Origin: Eledone cirrhosa
Lineage: Eukaryota
Assembly (NCBI GenBank): GCA_964016885.1
Contig: OZ024741.1
Span: forward strand, 255,936,001-256,000,000
Direction: 5' to 3'
DNA length: 64,000 nucleotides
Positions within the stretch are counted from its first letter, which is position 1; each line of letters opens with the position of its first letter. The translations under genes and the position numbers were made by a program. The notes under the pieces were generated by a model. That model ran no database searches, was not told where the DNA came from, and worked only from the letters and a program-made list of their open reading frames with translations. Below are positions 26,535-40,640 of this stretch, in pieces.

Positions 26535-29500
26535 TTTACGAGTGTTTCGACTTACGAGTGTTTCGACATACGAGTGTTTCGACTTACGAATGTTTTTGCT
26601 TACGGGTGTTTCGACTTACGAATGTTTTTGCTTACGAGTGTTTCGGTTTACGAGTGTTCCGACTTACGAGTGTTCCGACTTACGAGTGTTTCGGCTTACG
26701 AGTGTTTCCGGCTTACGAGTGTTTCAACTTACGAGTGTTCTGACTTACGAGTGTTCTGACTTACGGATGTTTCGACACACGAGTGTTTCGAATTACGAGT
26801 GTTTCGACTTACGAGTGTTTTGACTTACGGGTGTTTTGACATACGAGTGTTTCGATACGAGTGTTTCGACTTACGAGTGTTCTGACTTACGAGTGTTCTG
26901 ATTTACGGATGTTTCGACATACGAGTGTTTCGACTTACGAGTGTTTCGACTTATGAGTGTTTCGACTTACGAGTGTTTCGGCTTACGAGTGTTTCGACTT
27001 ACGAGTGTTTTGACTTACGGTGTTTCGGCTTACGAGTGTTTCGACTTACGAGTGTTTTGACTTACGGGTGTTTTGACATACGAGTGTTTCGATACGAGTG
27101 TTCTGACTTACGAGTGTTCTGACTTACGAGTGTTCTGACTTACGAGTGTTCTGACTTACGAGTGTTCTGATTTACGGATGTTTCGACATACGAGTGTTTC
27201 GACTTACGAGTTTTTCGACTTATGAGTGTTTCGACTTACGAGTGTTTCGGCTTACGAGTGTTTCGACTTACGAGTGTTTTGACTTACGGTGTTTCGGCTT
27301 ACGAGTGTTTCGACTTACGAGTGTTTTGACTTACGGGTGTTTTGACATACGAGTGTTTCGATACGAGTGTTCTGACTTACGAGTGTTCTGACTTACGAGT
27401 GTTTTGACTTACGAGTGTTCTGACTTACGGGTGTTTCGACTTACGAGTATTTTTGGCTTACGAGTGTTTCGACTTACGAGTGTTTTGACTTACGAGTGTT
27501 CTGATTTACGGATGTTTCGACATACGAGTGTTTCGACTTACGAATGTTTCGACTTATGAGTGTTTCGACTTACGATGTTTCGGCTTACGAGTGTTTCGAC
27601 TTACGAGTGTTTTGACTTACGGGTGTTTTGACATACGAGTGTTTCGATACGAGTGTTCTGACTTACGAGTGTTCTGACTTACGAGTGTTTTGACTTACGA
27701 GTGTTCTGACTTACGAGTGTTCCGACTTACGAGTGTTCCGACTTACGAGTGTTTCGGCTTACGAGTGTTTCCGGCTTACGAGTGTTTCGACTTCCGAGTG
27801 TTTTGACTTACGGTGTTTCGGCTTACGAGTGATTCGACTTACGAGTGTTTTGACTTACGGGTGATTTGACTTACGGGTGTTGTGAATTTCGAGTGTTCCG
27901 ATTTACGAGTGTTTTGACTTACGGTGTTTCGGCTTACGAGTGATTCGACTTACGAATGTTTTGACTTACGGGTGTTTCGGCTTGCGAGTGTTTCGACTTA
28001 CGAGTGTTTCGGCTTATGGGTGTTTCGACTTACTAATGTTTTTACTTACGAGTGTTTCGGCGTACGAGTGTTTTGACTTACGAGTGTTTCGACTTACGAG
28101 TGTTTCGACTTACGAGTGTTTCGACTTACGAGTGTTTCGGCTTACGTGAGTTTCGACTTAAGAGTGTTCTGATTTACGAGTGTTCTGACTTGCGGGTGTT
28201 CTGATTTACGAGTGTTCCGACTTACGAGTGTTTCGGCTTATTAGTGTTTCGACTTATGGGTGTTTCGACTTACGAGTGTTTTTACTTACGGTGTTTCGGC
28301 TTACGAGTGTTTCGACATACGAGTGTTTTGACTTACGGGTGTTTCGACTTACGAGTGTTTTGACTTACGAATGTTTTGACTTACGGGTGTTTCGGCTTAC
28401 GAGTGTTTCGACTTACGAGTGTTTAGGCTTACGAGTGTTTCGACTTACTAATGTTCTTACGAGTGTTTCGGCGTACGAGAGTTTTGACTTACGAGTGTTT
28501 CGACTGACGAGTGTTTCGACTTACGAGTGTTTTGACTTACGAATGTTTTGACTTACGGGTGTTTCGGCTGACGATTGTTTCGACTTACGAGTCTTTCGGC
28601 TTACGAGTGTTTCGACTTACTAATGTTTTTACTTACGAGTGTTTCGGCGTACGAGTGTTTCGACTTACGAGTGTTTCGACTTACGGGTGTTTTGACTTAC
28701 GGGTGTTTCGCCTTACGAGTGTTTTGACTTACGAGTGTTTTGACTTACGAGTGTTCTGATTTACGGATGTTTCGACATACGAGTGTTTCGACTTACGAGT
28801 GTTTCGACTTATGAGTGTTTCGACTTACGAGTGTTTCGGCTTATGAGTGTTTCGACTTACGATTGCTTCGGCTTACGAGTGTTTCGACTTACGAGTATTT
28901 CGGCTTACGAGTGTTTCGACGTACGAATGTTTTGGCTTACGAGTGTTTCGGCTTATGAGTGTTTCGGCTTACGAGTGTTTCGACTTACGAGTGTTTCGGC
29001 TTACGAGTGTTTCAGTGTTTCGGCTTACGTGTGTTTCGACTTACGAGTGTTTCGACTTACGAGTGTTTTGACTTACGAGTGTTCTGATTTACGGATGTTT
29101 CGACATACGAGTGTTTCGACTTACGAGTGTTTCGACTTATGAGTGTTTCGACTTACGAGTGTTTCGACTTACGAGTGTTTCGGCTTGTGATTGTTTCGAC
29201 TTACGAGTGTTTTGACTTACGGTGTTTCAGCTTACGAGTGTTTCGACTTACGAGTGTTTTGACTTACGGGTGTTTTGACATACGAGTGTTTCGATATGAG
29301 TGTTCTGACTTACGAGTGTTCTGAGTTACGAGTGTTTTGACTTACGAGTGTTCTGACTTACGAGTGTTCCGACTTACGAGTGTTCCGACTTACGAGTGTT
29401 TCGGCTTACGAGTGTTTTGACTTAAGGGTGTTTCGACTTACGAGTGTTTCGATACGAGTGTTTCGACTTACGAGTGTTTCGGCTTACGAGTGTTTCGACT

Positions 29501-29760
29501 TACGAGTGTTTCGACTTACGAGTGTTCCGACTTACGGGTGTTTCGACTTACGAGTGTTTTGGCTTACGGTGTTTCGACTTACGAGTGTTTCGAGTTAAGA
29601 GTGTTTTGACTTACGAGTGTTCTGATTTACGAGTGTTCTGACTTACGAGTGTTCTGACTTACGAGTGTTCTGACTTACGAGTGTTCTGACTTACGAGTGT
29701 TCCGACTTTACGAGTGTTTCGGCTCACGAGTGTTTCGGCTTACGAGTGTTTCGACTTACG

Positions 29761-29837
29761 AAAATAACAAATAGACGCGGTTTCAAATCTCTATGCTTTT
29801 CAAATTCATTACATTAATCTTTATTTATACGTTTCGC
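29761..29837. repeat. 77-bp AT-rich interspersed element, copy 9
   Basis: Matches consensus; internal ATG at 29793. Confidence 0.95.
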
Positions 29838-30560
29838 TTTACGAGTGTTTCGACTTACGAGTGTTTCGACATACGAGTGTTTCGACTTACGAATGTTTTT
29901 GCTTACGGGTGTTTCGACTTACGAATGTTTTTGCTTACGAGTGTTTCGGTTTACGAGTGTTCCGACTTACGAGTGATCCGACTTACGAGTGTTTCGGCTT
30001 ACGAGTGTTTCCGGCTTACGAGTGTTTCAACTTACGAGTGTTCTGTCTTACGAGTGTTCTGATTTACGGATGTTTCGACACACGAGTGTTTCGACTTACG
30101 AGTGTTTTGACTTACGGGTGATTTGACATACGAGTGTTTCGATACGAGTGTTTCGACTTACGAGTGTTCTGACTTACGAGTGTTCTGTCTTACGAGTGTT
30201 CTGACTTACGAGTGTTCCGACTTACGAGTGTTCCGACTTACGAGTGTTTCGGCTTACGAGTGTTTCGGCTTACGAGTGTTTCGACTTACGAATGTTTCGA
30301 CTTACGAGTGTTCCGACTTACGGGTGTTTCGACTTACGAGTGTTTTGGCTTACGGTGTTTCGGCTTACGAGTGTTTCGAGTTACGAGTGTTTTGACTTAC
30401 ACGTGTTTTGACATACGAGTGTTTCGATACGAGTGTTCTGACTTACGAGTGTTCTGACTTACGAGTGTTCTGACTTACGAGTGTTCTGACTTACGAGTGT
30501 TCCGACTTTACGAGTGTTTCGGCTCACGAGTGTTTCGGCTTACGAGTGTTTCGACTTACG

Positions 30561-30637
30561 AAAATAACAAATAGACGCGGTTTCAAATCTCTATGCTTTT
30601 CAAATTCATTACATTAATCTTTATTTATACGTTTCGC
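30561..30637. repeat. 77-bp AT-rich interspersed element, copy 10
   Basis: Matches consensus; internal ATG at 30593. Confidence 0.95.
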
Positions 30638-32500
30638 TTTACGAGTGTTTCGACTTACGAGTGTTTCGACATACGAGTGTTTCGGCTTACGAGTGTTTTG
30701 ATTTACGAGTGTTTTGACTTACGGGTGCTTCGACTTACGCGTGTTTCGACTTACGAGTGTTTCGACTTACGAGTGTTTCGACTTACGAGTGTTTCGGCTT
30801 ACGAGTGTTTTGACTTACGAATGTTTTGACTTACGATTGTTTCTGCTTACGAGTGTTTCGACTTACGAGTGTTCTGACTACGAGTGTTCTGACTTACGGG
30901 TGTTCTGACTTACGAGTGTTCTGACTTACGAGTGTTTCGGCTTATGAGTGTTTCGACTTACGAGTGCTTCGACTTACGAGTGTTTCGGCTTACGGGTGTT
31001 TCGACTTACGAATGTTTTTGCTTACGAGTGTTTCGGCTTACGAGTGTTTCGGCTTATGAGTGTTTCGACTTACGAGTGTTTTGACTTACGGGTGTTTTGA
31101 CATACGAGTGTTTCGATACGATTGTTCTGACTTACGAGTGTTTCCGCTTACGAGTGTTTCGGCTTACGAGTGTTTCGACTTACTAATGTTTTTACTTACG
31201 AGTGTTTCGGTGTACGAGTGTTTCGACTTAAGGATGTTTCGACTTACGAGTGTTTCGACTTACGAGTGTTTCGACTTACGAGTGTTTCGACTTACGAGTG
31301 TTTTGGCTTACGAATGTTTTGACTTACGGGTGTTTCGACTTACGAGTGTTTCGGCTTATGAGTGTTTCGACTTACGGGCGTTTCGACTTACGGGTGTTTC
31401 GACTTACGAGTGTTTTGGCTTACGAATGTTTTGACTTACGGGTGTTTCGACTTACGAGTGTTTCGACTTATGAGTGTTTGGACTTACGAGTGTTTCGGCT
31501 TATGAGTGTTTCGACTTACGAGTGCTTCGGCTTACGAGTGTTTCGACTGACGAGTATTTCGGCTTACGAGTGTTTCGATGTACGAATGTTTTGGCTTACG
31601 AGTGTTTCGGCTTATGAGTGTTTCGGCTTACGAGTGTTTCGACTTACGAGGGTTTCGGCTTACGAGTGTTTCAGTGTTTCGGCTTACGTGTGTTTCGACT
31701 TACGAGTGTTTCGACTTACGACTGTTTCGGCTTACGAGTGTTTCGGCTTACGAGTGTTTCGGCTTACGAGTGTTTTGAATTACGATTGTTTGGCTTACGA
31801 GTGTTCTGACTTACGGGTGTTCTGACTTACGAGGGTTCCGACTTACGAGTGTTTCGGCTTATGAGGGTTTCGACTTACGAGTGCTTCGGCTTACGAGTGT
31901 TTCGACTTACGAGTATTTCGGCTTACGAGTGTTTCGACTTACGAGTGTTTTGACTTACGGTGTTTCGGCTTACGAGTGTTTCGACATACGAGTGTTTTGA
32001 CGTACGGGTGTTTCGACTTACGGGTCTTTCGACTTAAGAGTGTTTCGACTTACGAGCGCTTCGACTTACGAGTGTTTCGACTTACGAGTGTTTCGGCGTA
32101 TGAGTGTTTTGACTTACGAGTGTTTCGACTTACGAGTGTTTCGACTTACGAGTGTTTCGAATTACGAGTGTTTCGACTTACGAGTGTTTTGACTTACGAG
32201 TGTTTTGACTTACGGTGTTTCTGCTTACGAGTGTTTCGACTTACGAGTGTTATGACTTACGGGTGTTTTGACATACGAGTGTTTCGACTTACGAGTGTTT
32301 TGACTTACGGGTGTTTTGACATACGAGTGTTTCGATAGGAGTGTTCTGACTTACGAGTGTTCTGACTTACGAGTGTTCTGACTTACGAGTGTTCTGACTT
32401 ACGAGTGTTCTGACTTACGAGTGTTCTGACTTACGAGTGTTCCGACTTTACGAGTGTTTCGGCTCACGAGTGTTTCGGCTTACGAGTGTTTCGACTTACG

Positions 32501-32577
32501 AAAATAACAAATAGACGCGGTTTCAAATCTCTATGCTTTTCAAATTCATTACATTAATCTTTATTTATACGTTTCGC
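32501..32577. repeat. 77-bp AT-rich interspersed element, copy 11
   Basis: Matches consensus; internal ATG at 32533. Confidence 0.95.
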
Positions 32578-35500
32578 TTTACGAGTGTTTCGACTTACGA
32601 GTGTTTCGACATACGAGTGTTTCGGCTTACGAGTGTTTTGATTTACGAGTGTTTTGACTTACGGGTGCTTCGACTTACGCGTGTTTCGACTTACGAGTGT
32701 TTCGACTTACGAGTGTTTCGGCTTATGAGTGTTTTGACTTACGAATGTTTTGACTTACGATTGTTTCGGCTTACGAGTGTTTCGACTTACGAGTGTTCTG
32801 ACTACGAGTGTTCTGACTTACGGGTGTTCTGACTTACGAGTGTTCTGACTTACGAGTGTTTCGGCTTATGAGTGTTTCGACTTACGAGTGCTTCGACTTA
32901 CGAGTGTTTCGGCTTACGGGTGTTTCGACTTACGAATGTTTTTGCTTACGAGTGTTTCGGCTTACGAGTGTTTCGGCTTATGAGTGTTTCGACTTACGAG
33001 TGTTTTGACTTACGGGTGTTTTGACATACGAGTGTTTCGATACGATTGTTCTGACTTACGAGTGTTTCCGCTTACGAGTGTTTCGGCTTACGAGTGTTTC
33101 GACTTACTAATGTTTTTACTTACGAGTGTTTCGGTGTACGAGTGTTTCGACTTACGAGTGTTTCGACTTACGAGTGTTTCGACTTACGAGTGTTTCGACT
33201 TACGAGTGTTTTGGCTTACGAATGTTTTGACTTACGGGTGTTTCGACTTACGAGTGTTTCGACTTATGAGTGTTTGGACTTACGAGTGTTTCGGCTTATG
33301 AGTGTTTCGACTTACGAGTGCTTCGGCTTACGAGTGTTTCGACTTACGAGTATTTCGGCTTACGAGTGTTTCGACGTACGAATGTTTTGGCTTACGAGTG
33401 TTTCGGCTTATGAGTGTTTCGGCTTACGAGTGTTTCGACTTACGAGTGTTTCGGCTTACGAGTGTTTCAGTGTTTCGGCTTACGTGTGTTTCGACTTACG
33501 AGTGTTTCGACTTACGACTGTTTCGGCTTACGAGTGTTTCGGCTTACGAGTGTTTCGGCTTACGAGTGTTTTGACTTACGATTGTTTGGCTTACGAGTGT
33601 TCTGACTTACGGGTGTTCTGACTTACGAGTGTTCCGACTTACGAGTGTTTCGGCTTATGAGGGTTTCGACTTACGAGTGCTTCGGCTTACGAGTGTTTCG
33701 ACTTACGAGTGTTTCGGCTTACGAGTGTTTCGACTTACGAGTGTTTTGACTTACGGTGTTTCGGCTTACGAGTGTTTCGACATACGAGTGTTTTGACGTA
33801 CGGGTGTTTCGACTTACGGGTCTTTCGACTTAAGAGTTTTTCGACTTACGAGCGCTTCGACTTACGAGTGTTTCGACTTACGAGTGTTTCGGCGTATGAG
33901 TGTTTTGACTTACGAGTGTTTCGACTTACGAGTGTTTCGACTTACGAGTGTTTCGAATTACGAGTGTTTCGACTTACGAGTGTTTTGACTTACGAGTGTT
34001 TTGACTTACGGTGTTTCTGTTTACGAGTGTTTCGACTTTCGAGTGTTATGACTTACGGGTGTTTTGACATACGAGTGTTTCGACTTACGAGTCTTACGGC
34101 TTACGAGTGTTTCGACTTACTAATGTTTTTACTTACGAGTGTTTCGGCGTACGAGTGTTTCGACTTCCGAGTGTTTCGACTTACAGGTGTTTTGACTTAC
34201 GGGTGTTTCGGCTTACGAGTGTTTTGACTTACGAGTGTTTTGACTTAAGGGTGTTTCGACTTACGAGTATTTTTGGCTTACGAGTGTTTCGACTTACGAG
34301 TGTTTTGACTTACGAGTGTTCTGATTTACGGATGTTTCGACACACGAGTGTTTCGAATTACGAGTGTTTCGACTTACGAGTGTTTTGACTTACGGGTGTT
34401 TTGACATACGAGTGTTTCGATACGAGTGTTTCGACTTATGAGTGTTTCGACTTACGAGTGTTCTGACTTACGAGTGTTCTGACTTACGAGTGTTCTGATT
34501 TACGGATGTTTCGACACACGAGTGTTTCGATACGAGTGTTTCGACTTACGAGTGTTTCGACTTATGAGTGTTTCGACTTACGAGTGTTCTGACTTACGAG
34601 TGTTCTGACTTACGAGTGTTCCGACTTACGAGTGTTTCGGTTTACGAGTGTTTCGACATACGAGTGTTTTGACTTACGGGTGTTCCGACTTACGGGTGTT
34701 TCGACTTACGAGTGTTTTGGCTTACGAGTGTTTCGACTTACTAATGTTTTTACTTACGAGTGTTTCGGTGTACGAATGTTTTGACTTAAGGATGTTTCGA
34801 CTTACGAGTGTTTCGACTTACGAGTGTTTCGGCTTACGTGAGTTTCGACTTAAGATTGTTCTGATTTACGAGTGTTCTGACTTACGAGTGTTTCGGCTTA
34901 TGAGTGTTTCGACTTACGAGTGTTTCGGCTTACGAGTGTTTCGACTTATGGGTGTTTCGACTTACGAGTGTTTTTACTTACGGTGTTTCGGCTTACGAGT
35001 GTTTCGACATACGAGTGTTTTGACTTACGGGTGTTTCGGCTTACGAGTGTTTCGACTTACGAGTGTTTTGACTTACGGGTGTTTCGACTTACGGTGTTTC
35101 GGCTTACGAGTGTTTCGACTTACGAGTGTTTTGACTTACGGGTGTTTTGACATACGAGTGTTTCGATACGAGTGTTCTGACTTACGAGTGTTCTGACTTA
35201 CGAGTGTTTTGACTTACGAGTGTTCTGACTTACGAGTGTTCCGACTTACGAGTGTTCCGACTTACGAGTGTTTCGGCTTACGAGTGTTTACGGCTTACGA
35301 GTGTTTCGACTTCCGAGTGTTTTGACTTACGGTGTTTCGGCTTACGAGTGATTCGACTTACGAGTGTTTTGACTTACGGGTGATTTGACTTACGGGTGTT
35401 GTGAATTACGAGTGTTGCGATTTACGAGTGTTTTGACTTACGGTGTTTCGGCTTACGAGTGATTCGACTTACGAATGTTTTGACTTACGGCTGTTTCGGC

Positions 35501-38500
35501 TTGCGAGTGTTTCGACTTACGAGTGTTTCGGCTTATGGGTGTTTCGACTTACTAATGTTTTTACTTACGAGTGTTTCGGCGTACGAGTGTTTTGACTTAC
35601 GAGTGTTTCGACTTACGAGTGTTTCGACTTACGAGTGTTTCGGCTTACGTGAGTTTCGACTTAAGAGTGTTCTGATTTACGAGTGTTCTGACGTACGAGT
35701 GTTTCGGCTTATTAGTGTTTCGACTTACGAGTGTTTCGGCTTACGAGTGTTTCGACTTATGGGTGTTTCGACTTACGAGTGTTTTTACTTACGGTGTTTC
35801 GGCTTACGAGTGTTTCGACATACGAGTGTTTTGACTTACGGGTGTTTCGACTTACGAGTGTTTTGACTTACGAATGTTTTGACTTACGGGTGTTTCGGCT
35901 TACGAGTGTTTCGACTTACGAGTGTTTCGGCTTACGAGTGTTTCGACTTACTAATGTTCTTACTTACGAATGTTTCGGCGTACGAGAGTTTTGACTTACG
36001 AGTGTTTCGACTTACGGGTGTTTTGACTTACGGGTGTTTCGGCTTACGAGTGTTTTGACTTACGAGTGTTTTGACTTAAGGGTGTTTCGACTTACGAGTA
36101 TTTTTGGCTTACGAGTGTTTCGACTTACGAGTGTTTTGACTTACGAGTGTTCTGATTTACGGATGTTTCGACATACGAGTGTTTCGACTTACGAGTGTTT
36201 CGACTTATGACTGTTTCGACTTACGAGTGTTTCGGCTTATGAGTGTTTCGACTTACGAGTGTTTCGACTTACGAGTGTTTTGACTTACGAGTGTTTTGAC
36301 TTACGGTGTTTCTGCTTACGAGTGTTTCGACTTTCGAGTGTTATGACTTACGGGTGTTTTGACATACGAGTGTTTCGACTTACGAGTCTTACGGCTTACG
36401 AGTGTTTCGACTTACTAATGTTTTTACTTACGAGTGTTTCGGCGTACGAGTGTTTCGACTTCCGAGTGTTTCGACTTACAGGTGTTTTGACTTACGGGTG
36501 TTTCGGCTTACGAGTGTTTTGACTTACGAGTGTTTTGACTTAAGGGTGTTTCGACTTACGAGTATTTTTGGCTTACGAGTGTTTCGACTTACGAGTGTTT
36601 TGACTTACGAGTGTTCTGATTTACGGATGTTTCGACACACGAGTGTTTCGAATTACGAGTGTTTCGACTTACGAGTGTTTTGACTTACGGGTGTTTTGAC
36701 ATACGAGTGTTTCGATACGAGTGTTTCGACTTATGAGTGTTTCGACTTACGAGTGTTCTGACTTACGAGTGTTCTGACTTACGAGTGTTCTGATTTACGG
36801 ATGTTTCGACACACGAGTGTTTCGATACGAGTGTTTCGACTTACGAGTGTTTCGACTTATGAGTGTTTCGACTTACGAGTGTTCTGACTTACGAGTGTTC
36901 TGACTTACGAGTGTTCCGACTTACGAGTGTTTCGGTTTACGAGTGTTTCGACATACGAGTGTTTTGACTTACGGGTGTTTCGACTTACGGGTGTTTCGAC
37001 TTACGAGTGTTTTAACTTACGAATGTTTTGACTTACGGGGGTTTCGGCTTACGAGTGTTTCGACTTACGAGTCTTTCGGCTTACGAGTGTTTCGACTTAC
37101 TAATGTTTTTACTTACGAGTGTTTCGGCGTAGTGTTTCGACTTACGAGTGTTTCGACTTACGGGTGTTTTGACTTACGGGTGTTTCGGCTTACGAGTGTT
37201 TTGACTTACGAGTGTTTTGACTTAAGGGTGTTTCGACTTACGAGTATTTTTGGCTTACGAGTGTTTCGACTTACGAGTGTTTTGACTTACGAGTGTTCTG
37301 ATTTACGGATGTTTCGACATACGAGTGTTTCGACTTACGAGTGTTTCGACTTATGACTGTTTCGACTTACGAGTGTTTCGGCTTATGAGTGTTTCGACTT
37401 ACGAGTGCTTCGGCTTACGAGTGATTCGACTTACGAGTATTTCGGCTTTCGAGTGTTTCGACGTAAGAATGTTTTGGCTTACGAGTGTTTCGGCTTATGA
37501 GTGTTTCGGCTTACGAGTGTTTCGACTTACGAGTGTTTCGGCTTACGAGTGTTTCAGTGTTTCGGCTTACGTGTGTTTCGACTTACGAGTGTTTCGACTT
37601 ACGACTGTTTCGGCTTACGAGTGTTTCGGCTTACGAGTGTTTCGACTTACGAGTGTTTTGACTTACGAATGTTTTGACTTACGGGTGTTTCGGCTTACGA
37701 GTGTTTCGACTTACGAGTCTTTCGGCTTACGAGTGTTTCGACTTACTAATGTTTTTACTTACGAGTGTTTCGGCGTACGAGTGTTTCGACTTACGAGTGT
37801 TTCGACTTACGGGTGTTTTGACTTACGGGTGTTTCGGCTTACGAGTGTTTTGACTTACGAGTGTTTTGACTTAAGGGTGTTTCGACTTACGAGTATTTTT
37901 GGCTTACGAGTGTTTCGACTTACGAGTGTTTTGACTTATGAGTGTTCTGATTTACGGATGTTTCGACATACGAGTGTTTCGACTTACGAGTGTTTCGACT
38001 TACTAATGTTCTTACTTACGAGTGTTTCGGCGTACGAGAGTTTTGACTTACGAGTGTTTCGACTTACGAGTGTTTCGACTTACGAGTGTTTTGACTTACG
38101 AATGTTTTGACTTACGGGTGTTTCGGCTAACGAGTGTTTCGACTTACGAGTCTTTCGGCTTACGAGTGTTTCGACTTACTAATGTTTTTACTTAGGAGTG
38201 TTTCGGCGTACGAGTGTTTCGACTTACGAGTGTTTCGACTTACGGGTGTTTAGACTTACGGGTGTTTCGGCTTACGAGTGTTTTGACTTACGAGTGTTTT
38301 GACTTAAGGTTGTTTCGACTGACGAGTATTTTTGGCTTACGAGTGTTTCGACTTACGAGTGTTTTGACTTACGAGTGTTCTGATTTACGGATGTTTCGAC
38401 ATACGAGTGTTTCGACTTACGAGTGTTTCGACTTATCAGTGTTTCGACTTACGAGTGTTTCGGCTTATGAGTGTTTCGACTTACGAGTGCTTCGGCTTAC

Positions 38501-40563
38501 GAGTGTTTCGACTTACGAGTATTTCGGCTTACGAGTGTTTCGACGTACGAATGTTTTGGCTTACGAGTGTTTCGGCTTATGAGTGTTTCGGCTTACGAGT
38601 GTTTCGACTTACGAGTGTTTCGGCTTACGAGTGTTTCAGTGTTTCGGCTTACGTGTGTTTCGACTTACGATTGTTTCGACTTACGACTGTTTCGGCTTAC
38701 GAGTGTTTCGGCTTGCGAGTGTTTCGGCTTACGAGTGTTTTGACTTACGAGTGTTTTGACTTACGATTGTTTGGCTTACGAGTGTTCTGACTTACGGGTG
38801 TTCTGACTTTCGAATGTTCCGACTTACGAGTGTTTCGGCTTATGAGGGTTTCGACTTACGAGTGCTTCGGCTTACGAGTGTTTCGACTTACGAGTGTTTC
38901 GGCTTACGAGTGTTTCGACTTACGAGTGTTTCGACTTACGAGTGTTTTGACTTACGGTGTTTCGGCTTACGAGTGTTTCGACATACGAGTGTTTTGACGT
39001 ACGGGTGTTTCGACTTACGGGTCTTTCGACTTAAGAGTGTTTCGACTTACGAGCGCTTCGACTTACGAGTGTTTCGACTTACGAGTGTTTTGGCGTATGA
39101 GTGTTTTGACTTACGAGTGTTTCGACTTACGAGTGTTTCGAATTACGAGTGTTTCGACTTACGAGTGTTTTGACTTACGAGTGTTTTGACTTCGGTGTTT
39201 CTGCTTACGAGTGTTTCGACTTACAAGTGTTATGACTTACGGGTGTTTTCACATACGAGTGTTTCGACTTACGAGTGTTTTGACTTACGGGTGTTTTGAC
39301 ATACTAGTGTTTCGATACGAGTGTTCTGACTTACGAGTGTTCTGACTTACGAGTGTTCTGACTTACGAGTGTTTCGACATACGAGTGTTTTGACTTACGG
39401 GTGTTTCGACTTACGAGTGTTTTCACTTACGAATGTTTTGACTTACGGGTGTTTCGGCTTACGAGTGTTTCGACTTACGAGTGTTTCGGCTTACGTGTGT
39501 TTCGACTTACTAATATTTTTACTTACGAGTGTTTCGGCGTACGAGAGTTTTGACTTACGCGTGTTTCGACTTACGAGTGTTTCGACTTACGAGTATTTTG
39601 ACTTACGAATGTTTTGACTTACGGGTGTTTCGGCTTACGAGTGTTTCGACTTACGAGTCTTTCGGCTTACGAGTGTTTCGACTTACTAATGTTTTTACTT
39701 ACGAGTGTTTCGGCGTACGAGTGTTTCGACTTCCGAGTGTTTCGACTTACGGGTGTTTTGACTGACGGGTGTATCGGCTTACGAGTGTTTTGACTTACGA
39801 GTGTTTTGACTTAAGGGTGTTTCGACTTACAAGTATTTTTGGCTTACGAGTGTTTCGACTTACGAGTGTTTTGACTTACGAGTGTTCTGATTTACGGATG
39901 TTTCGACATACGAGTGTTTCGACTTACGAGTGTTTCGACTTATGAGTGTTTCGACTTACGAGTGTTTCGACTTACGAGTGTTTCGGCTTGTGATTGTTTC
40001 GACTTACGAGTGTTTTGACTTACGGTGTTTCAGCTTACGAGTGTTTCGACTTACGAGTGTTTTGACTTACGGGTGGTTTGACATACGAGTGTTTCGATAC
40101 GAGTGTTCTGACTTACGAGTGTTCTGACTTACGAGTGTTTTGACTTACGAGTGTTCTGACTTACGAGTGTTCCGACTTACGAGTGTTCCGACTTACGAGT
40201 GTTTCGGCTTACGAGTGTTTTGACTTAAGGGTGTTTCGACTTACGAGTGTTTCGATACGAGTGTTTCGACTTACGAGTGTTTCGGCTTACGAGTGTTTCG
40301 ACTTACGAGTGTTTCGACTTACGAGTGTTCCGACTTACGGGTGTTTCGACTTACGAGTGTTTTGGCTTACGGTGTTTCGACTTACGAGTGTTTCGAGTTA
40401 AGAGTGTTTTGACTTACGAGTGTTCTGATTTACGAGTGTTCTGACTTACGAGTGTTCTGACTTACGAGTGTTCTGACTTACGAGTGTTCTGACTTACGAG
40501 TGTTCCGACTTTACGAGTGTTTCGGCTCACGAATGTTTCGGCTTACGAGTGTTTCGACTTACG

Positions 40564-40640
40564 AAAATAACAAATAGACGCGGTTTCAAATCTCTATGCT
40601 TTTCAAATTCATTACATTAATCTTTATTTATACGTTTCGC
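40564..40640. repeat. 77-bp AT-rich interspersed element, copy 12
   Basis: Matches consensus; internal ATG at 40596. Confidence 0.95.

Larger units (their letters stand above)
24271..27770 (+). repeat. Tandem duplication, period 1656 bp (about 2.1 copies), containing a nested 269-bp duplication
   Basis: Offsets 24421/26077, 24834/26490, 25269/26925, 25538/27194. Both copies share the variants GACTTGCGAG and TACGATGTTTC. The nested period is 25269/25538. Confidence 0.9.
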
